64,000 nt of DNA from Eledone cirrhosa (taxonomy: Eukaryota). Below the pieces are notes generated by a model that was not told where the DNA came from, made no database searches, and saw nothing but the letters and a program-made list of their open reading frames with translations. Below are positions 60,195 to 64,000 of this stretch, in pieces. How positions within the stretch are numbered: the stretch's first letter is position 1; every line of letters starts with the position of its first letter. The stretch is taken from contig OZ024740.1 in NCBI GenBank assembly GCA_964016885.1, positions 365,490,001 to 365,554,000 of the forward strand, read 5' to 3'. The translations under genes and the position numbers were made by a program.

Positions 60195-62069
60195 AGTATT
60201 AGTTATACTATTTATGGTTATGTAAACACAAAACCTTAAGCAGTTGTAAGTATTTTACACACACCCTAAATAGTGGTAGGCAGTAATGTATTACTACCTT
60301 ATTACCAGTAAGTTAAGTAGCTCAATGTAAAAACATCAGATGATTTACAGAGCAGTTATATGAAATATAAGAATCAAAGAACTGTTCAAAACATTATTGT
60401 GCTTACAGCTGTTTCCTCCAAACCGAGGTTTGGATTCTTCGGAGCAATTTATTAATGCATGGACAGTTATATGACCTCCTTTTCAGCCGAGAGATATACC
60501 AATACATATTCAAACATTGATACATATTCAAACATTGTGGGTCAACATTCATTACAGAATTTAGAGTGGCAGTACACACTTCGAGATTACATTTATATTA
60601 ATAGGTACAATCAAAAATCAAAGATATAGGTTAAAGTACAACATGAAGATAAGTGGTTATATAGTGCAAATGTTATATGTGTGGCACGCATGTGCGTCTT
60701 GTTTATATAGTGTGGCAGAGAGATATGTGTGGTAGAGGCACTTAGGTAGGTAAATAAGAGTGTTAGGTTGGTAGATCTGGTGGCAAAGTCTTTATATGAT
60801 TGATATAGTCTGTGTGTGGAGAAATATTATAAGCATTAAAGATAGTGCAAGCATTAAAAGTGTTATAAGTATTGGAGATGCACAGCGCAGGGATGTCAAG
60901 TAATTCATGTACTTCGGCATTTTCAAGGTCAAGGGAGTGTATATTTCGATTATATGCCTTTCACATAATCCACGACAATCCAGTTAGAGATCGTAGTCTG
61001 GTGTTCTTTAGTTCGATACAGGAGGTTGTTACGTTTCGAGAAACGCCATTGAATACCGGAAGTGTGTGTGTGGCTAAGGGGAGTTAATGCATGCGGGGAG
61101 GTAACTCTGGGGTTTCTATATCTAGCCATTAAAATGTGTCCCAATATAGACCCTAAATTCTATGGTGAGGTGCACCTTCCAAGAGAGACTTTTAAAGCAT
61201 AAAGTGTACTAACTATAGAGTAGTTTAACTAAATTATGCTGAAGGTGATCATATTATTATTAAGGTGGATTAATCCATCTTAAGGTGCTACAAATGGAAA
61301 TTATAGATGATGAGCGAGGATTCTAAAATAATGATCTCTGTGGTTGTAGTCTGCTCATATGACCAGGCGCGGTGATTGCAGGATTGCTTCAGGACCCAAT
61401 GATCTCTGGTAAGATCTGGGTCATCGCTTGCTACATTGGATGTCGAAAGATAATCGTCCCCAGGCAGGCCAAAGGTCAATCCGCAGTCCTCGCGACCCCT
61501 CTCTGACCGTCAGATCATCCATATACGTACAACCCGCACGGCAGTTGCATTGCATTCACTCACTGCGCTCAGCAGCCCGGTCCTACTGGTCAACAGCGCT
61601 ACTCGATTAAATCATTTTACATCTGTCTAAGGAAGGTGTTTCCTCTGCCCAACACCATCCAACCGATCAATTCATGCTCAAATTACCCTTAGAGCGGTGT
61701 AGTGCCGTCCAAGTGGGTGGATGTTGTCACTCCTGCCGTAGAGGTATAAATGGGTATTTTCCCTGCGAAGGGTTCCAGAGGGATGTCGTTATTTGTGTTA
61801 TAATGGATCAGCTAGTGTTGGGTATGTAGTATAGGGTGTGTCTCTGGTGTTTGATGCTAGATGTGGTGTTAGGTTCCAGTCCGACATTGCTATATATAGG
61901 GCTTAAAGTTTTGGAAGGAATGTCTGAGGCGGTGCTGGCAAGTTGTAAACACCTCAGATTTTTTGTTAAGTAGGTTACGGTTGGAGAAGATAATATTGTG
62001 TGTCTCTAGTATACAGAGGTTACAGAATTTATTAGGTGGTTTGTACGAGGTCGCGCTGCCTATCACTTC
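60195..62069 (-). mobile_element. Inverted 3' arm of a Naiad-like PLE (GIY-YIG end, ~1.7-kb UTR, HHR at 60400-60446)
   Basis: EVIGSATSYKPPNKFCNLCILE..CQHR; CCGAAGA-core HHR with an ACAGCTGT helix III. Confidence 0.9.
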
Positions 62070-64000
62070 GGCTTTAAAACCTTTAAAAGCCCCCCTCATA
62101 ACACTCTACTTAACTCCTTTGAAAATGACCTAGTTAAACTAGTTAAGAACATTAAATACAATAAGCACCATATTAGAAGCAACACCTTCTTAAACAAACT
62201 TAACACTTCTATTAGTGGATTCAAAACTAGTAATAAAATTATTGTACACGCAGATAAAACTAATAACATATACAGCCTAGATTATATTACTTATAGAAAG
62301 TTTATATATATTGAACTACATAAAAGCTACAAAAAAACCACCTTGAAAAACTTAGAAGATATTAATGTAGAGGGTTATAATATAGTGTCTAAACTAGGAC
62401 TACAGAGGCATACACAACCTTTCACTCCGAACCCCCCTAGATTCTCTCTGAAGGACCATAAGGAGAACTTCATCAGCAACCCCACGATAAGACTTATCTG
62501 CCCTTCCAAGTCCGACATTGGTATTATCAGCAAGAAGATTTTGGATAAAATCATCCCACAAATTAAACACAAGATACACCTTAAACAATGGGGAAATACG
62601 GGTGAAGTAATTGAATGGTTTAAGGATATCAAGAATAATAAGAACAAAAAATTTATTCAATTTGATATCAATTCATACTACACCTCTATTTCCCCTATCC
62701 TATTAAATAAGGCACTTATCATGGCCATGACCAATAGCGACCTGACTAGAGCCCAGGTTGATGTCATCCTTGCGGCCCGTAAAACCATAATCACCTTCGA
62801 GGACCAACTATGGACACGCAAGGATACGCACAACAACTTCGACATAACCATGGGATCTAGTGACTCGGCGCAGGTCACTGATTTGGTCGGCCTATACCTC
62901 CTCAATGAAATCCATAAAGACCTCCCTTACCTCAACGGTGGTTTGTACCGCGATGATGCACTTCTACTCATTGAATATAAAAAATTTAATATAGAAAGAA
63001 CTAGAAAACAACTGCATAAGACATTCAAAAACTTTAACCTTAGTATCACCATGGACAAAAACACTAAAAATGTTAACTTCCTAGACGCCACACTATACCT
63101 AGACTCAAAAATATATACACCTTTCCATAAGCCTAATGAGAAACTTATTTACGTAGATACCAAGTCTAATCACCCTAGATCAATATTAAACTCTATCTCT
63201 AAGGGGGTGTCCAATAGAATCTCTAGTCTGTCCTATGACGCAAACATATTTAGCAAAAACTCACAATATTACAATCAAGCATTAGCTAGCTCCGGCCATA
63301 ATATAGAAATTGAGTTCCTACCTAAGAAAACACATAGCTACAACATCATCTCGCACAACATGTCCATGAGGAAATCTAATAATAGGAATAGCAACCACAA
63401 GTACACCAAAGCGGAGGGTGCCACCGGAAGTAACCATTACCATGGAAACTACTGTGAGGCCTTAGGAGGAAGCAACACACCAAACACTAAAAGCAAAAAT
63501 AGAAGAAGAAATAATACATTTTTCAACCCTCCTTTCAACCTAAATGTCTCCACCAACATACCTAGGGCTTTCTTCTCACTACTAGATAAAAACTTCCCTC
63601 TAGGACACAAGTACCACAACCTCTTAAACAAAAACACCATTAAAATCTCATACTCTACGACGCCTAACTTAGCATACCACATAGCTAGCAGCAATAATAG
63701 TAAAATTAGTTCTTACTTCCAACAAACAAAATCACAACGGGATGCAAACCCTCTAAATACCACTGTAGCAAGCAACAATAGCAACGGCAGTAACAATAGA
63801 AATAACACTAGTATAAGTAATAACACCAGGGTTGTCAACCCGAACACCCAAAATCCTATATCCACCACACAGACTTCCGCATTGCATTATAACCAGCGGA
63901 CTAACGCACAGAATAATTGTAACTGTAGAGCTAATAGAACCTGCCCTTTAGATAAAAAATGCCTAACCAAGGATGTCATATACTCATGCACAGTCACGAC
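62067..64000 (+). CDS. Naiad-like PLE RT polyprotein, running off the window end
   Basis: Hand translation: FGFKTFKSPP..ADKT..LKDHKENF..RLICPSKSDIG..FDITMGSSDSA..GGLYRDDAL..CNCRANRTCPL. Presumably absent from the ORF track because no stop is reached. Confidence 0.92.

Overview
This is non-genic, AT-rich eukaryotic DNA. The SINE types and the (TA)n/(CA)n/(GATA)n landscape suggest an octopus or other cephalopod (inference). I found no host gene, and most short ORFs are microsatellite artefacts. The window is a (TA)n-associated community of Penelope-like retroelements (PLEs; RT plus GIY-YIG) from at least 4 lineages. Alongside them sit at least 6 families of small non-coding tandem or terminally redundant 310-520 bp units resembling retrozymes. 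I can hand-fold about 40 type I hammerhead ribozyme (HHR) motifs, a few of them degenerate, and nearly all have a self-complementary helix III. Two points stand out. (1) A recurrent octamer (ATGCAAAT), 35-37 nt spacer, TATA, hammerhead cassette occurs in three different HHR units, suggesting the ribozyme elements carry their own promoter. (2) Most insertions consist of two divergent arms whose 3' ends both run into (TA)n. Also present: a 5S rRNA copy fused to a tRNA-SINE, CR1 and R4-type LINE relics, MITEs, a Helitron dimer and a compound GATA/GA minisatellite. All folds, alignments and boundaries were done by eye.
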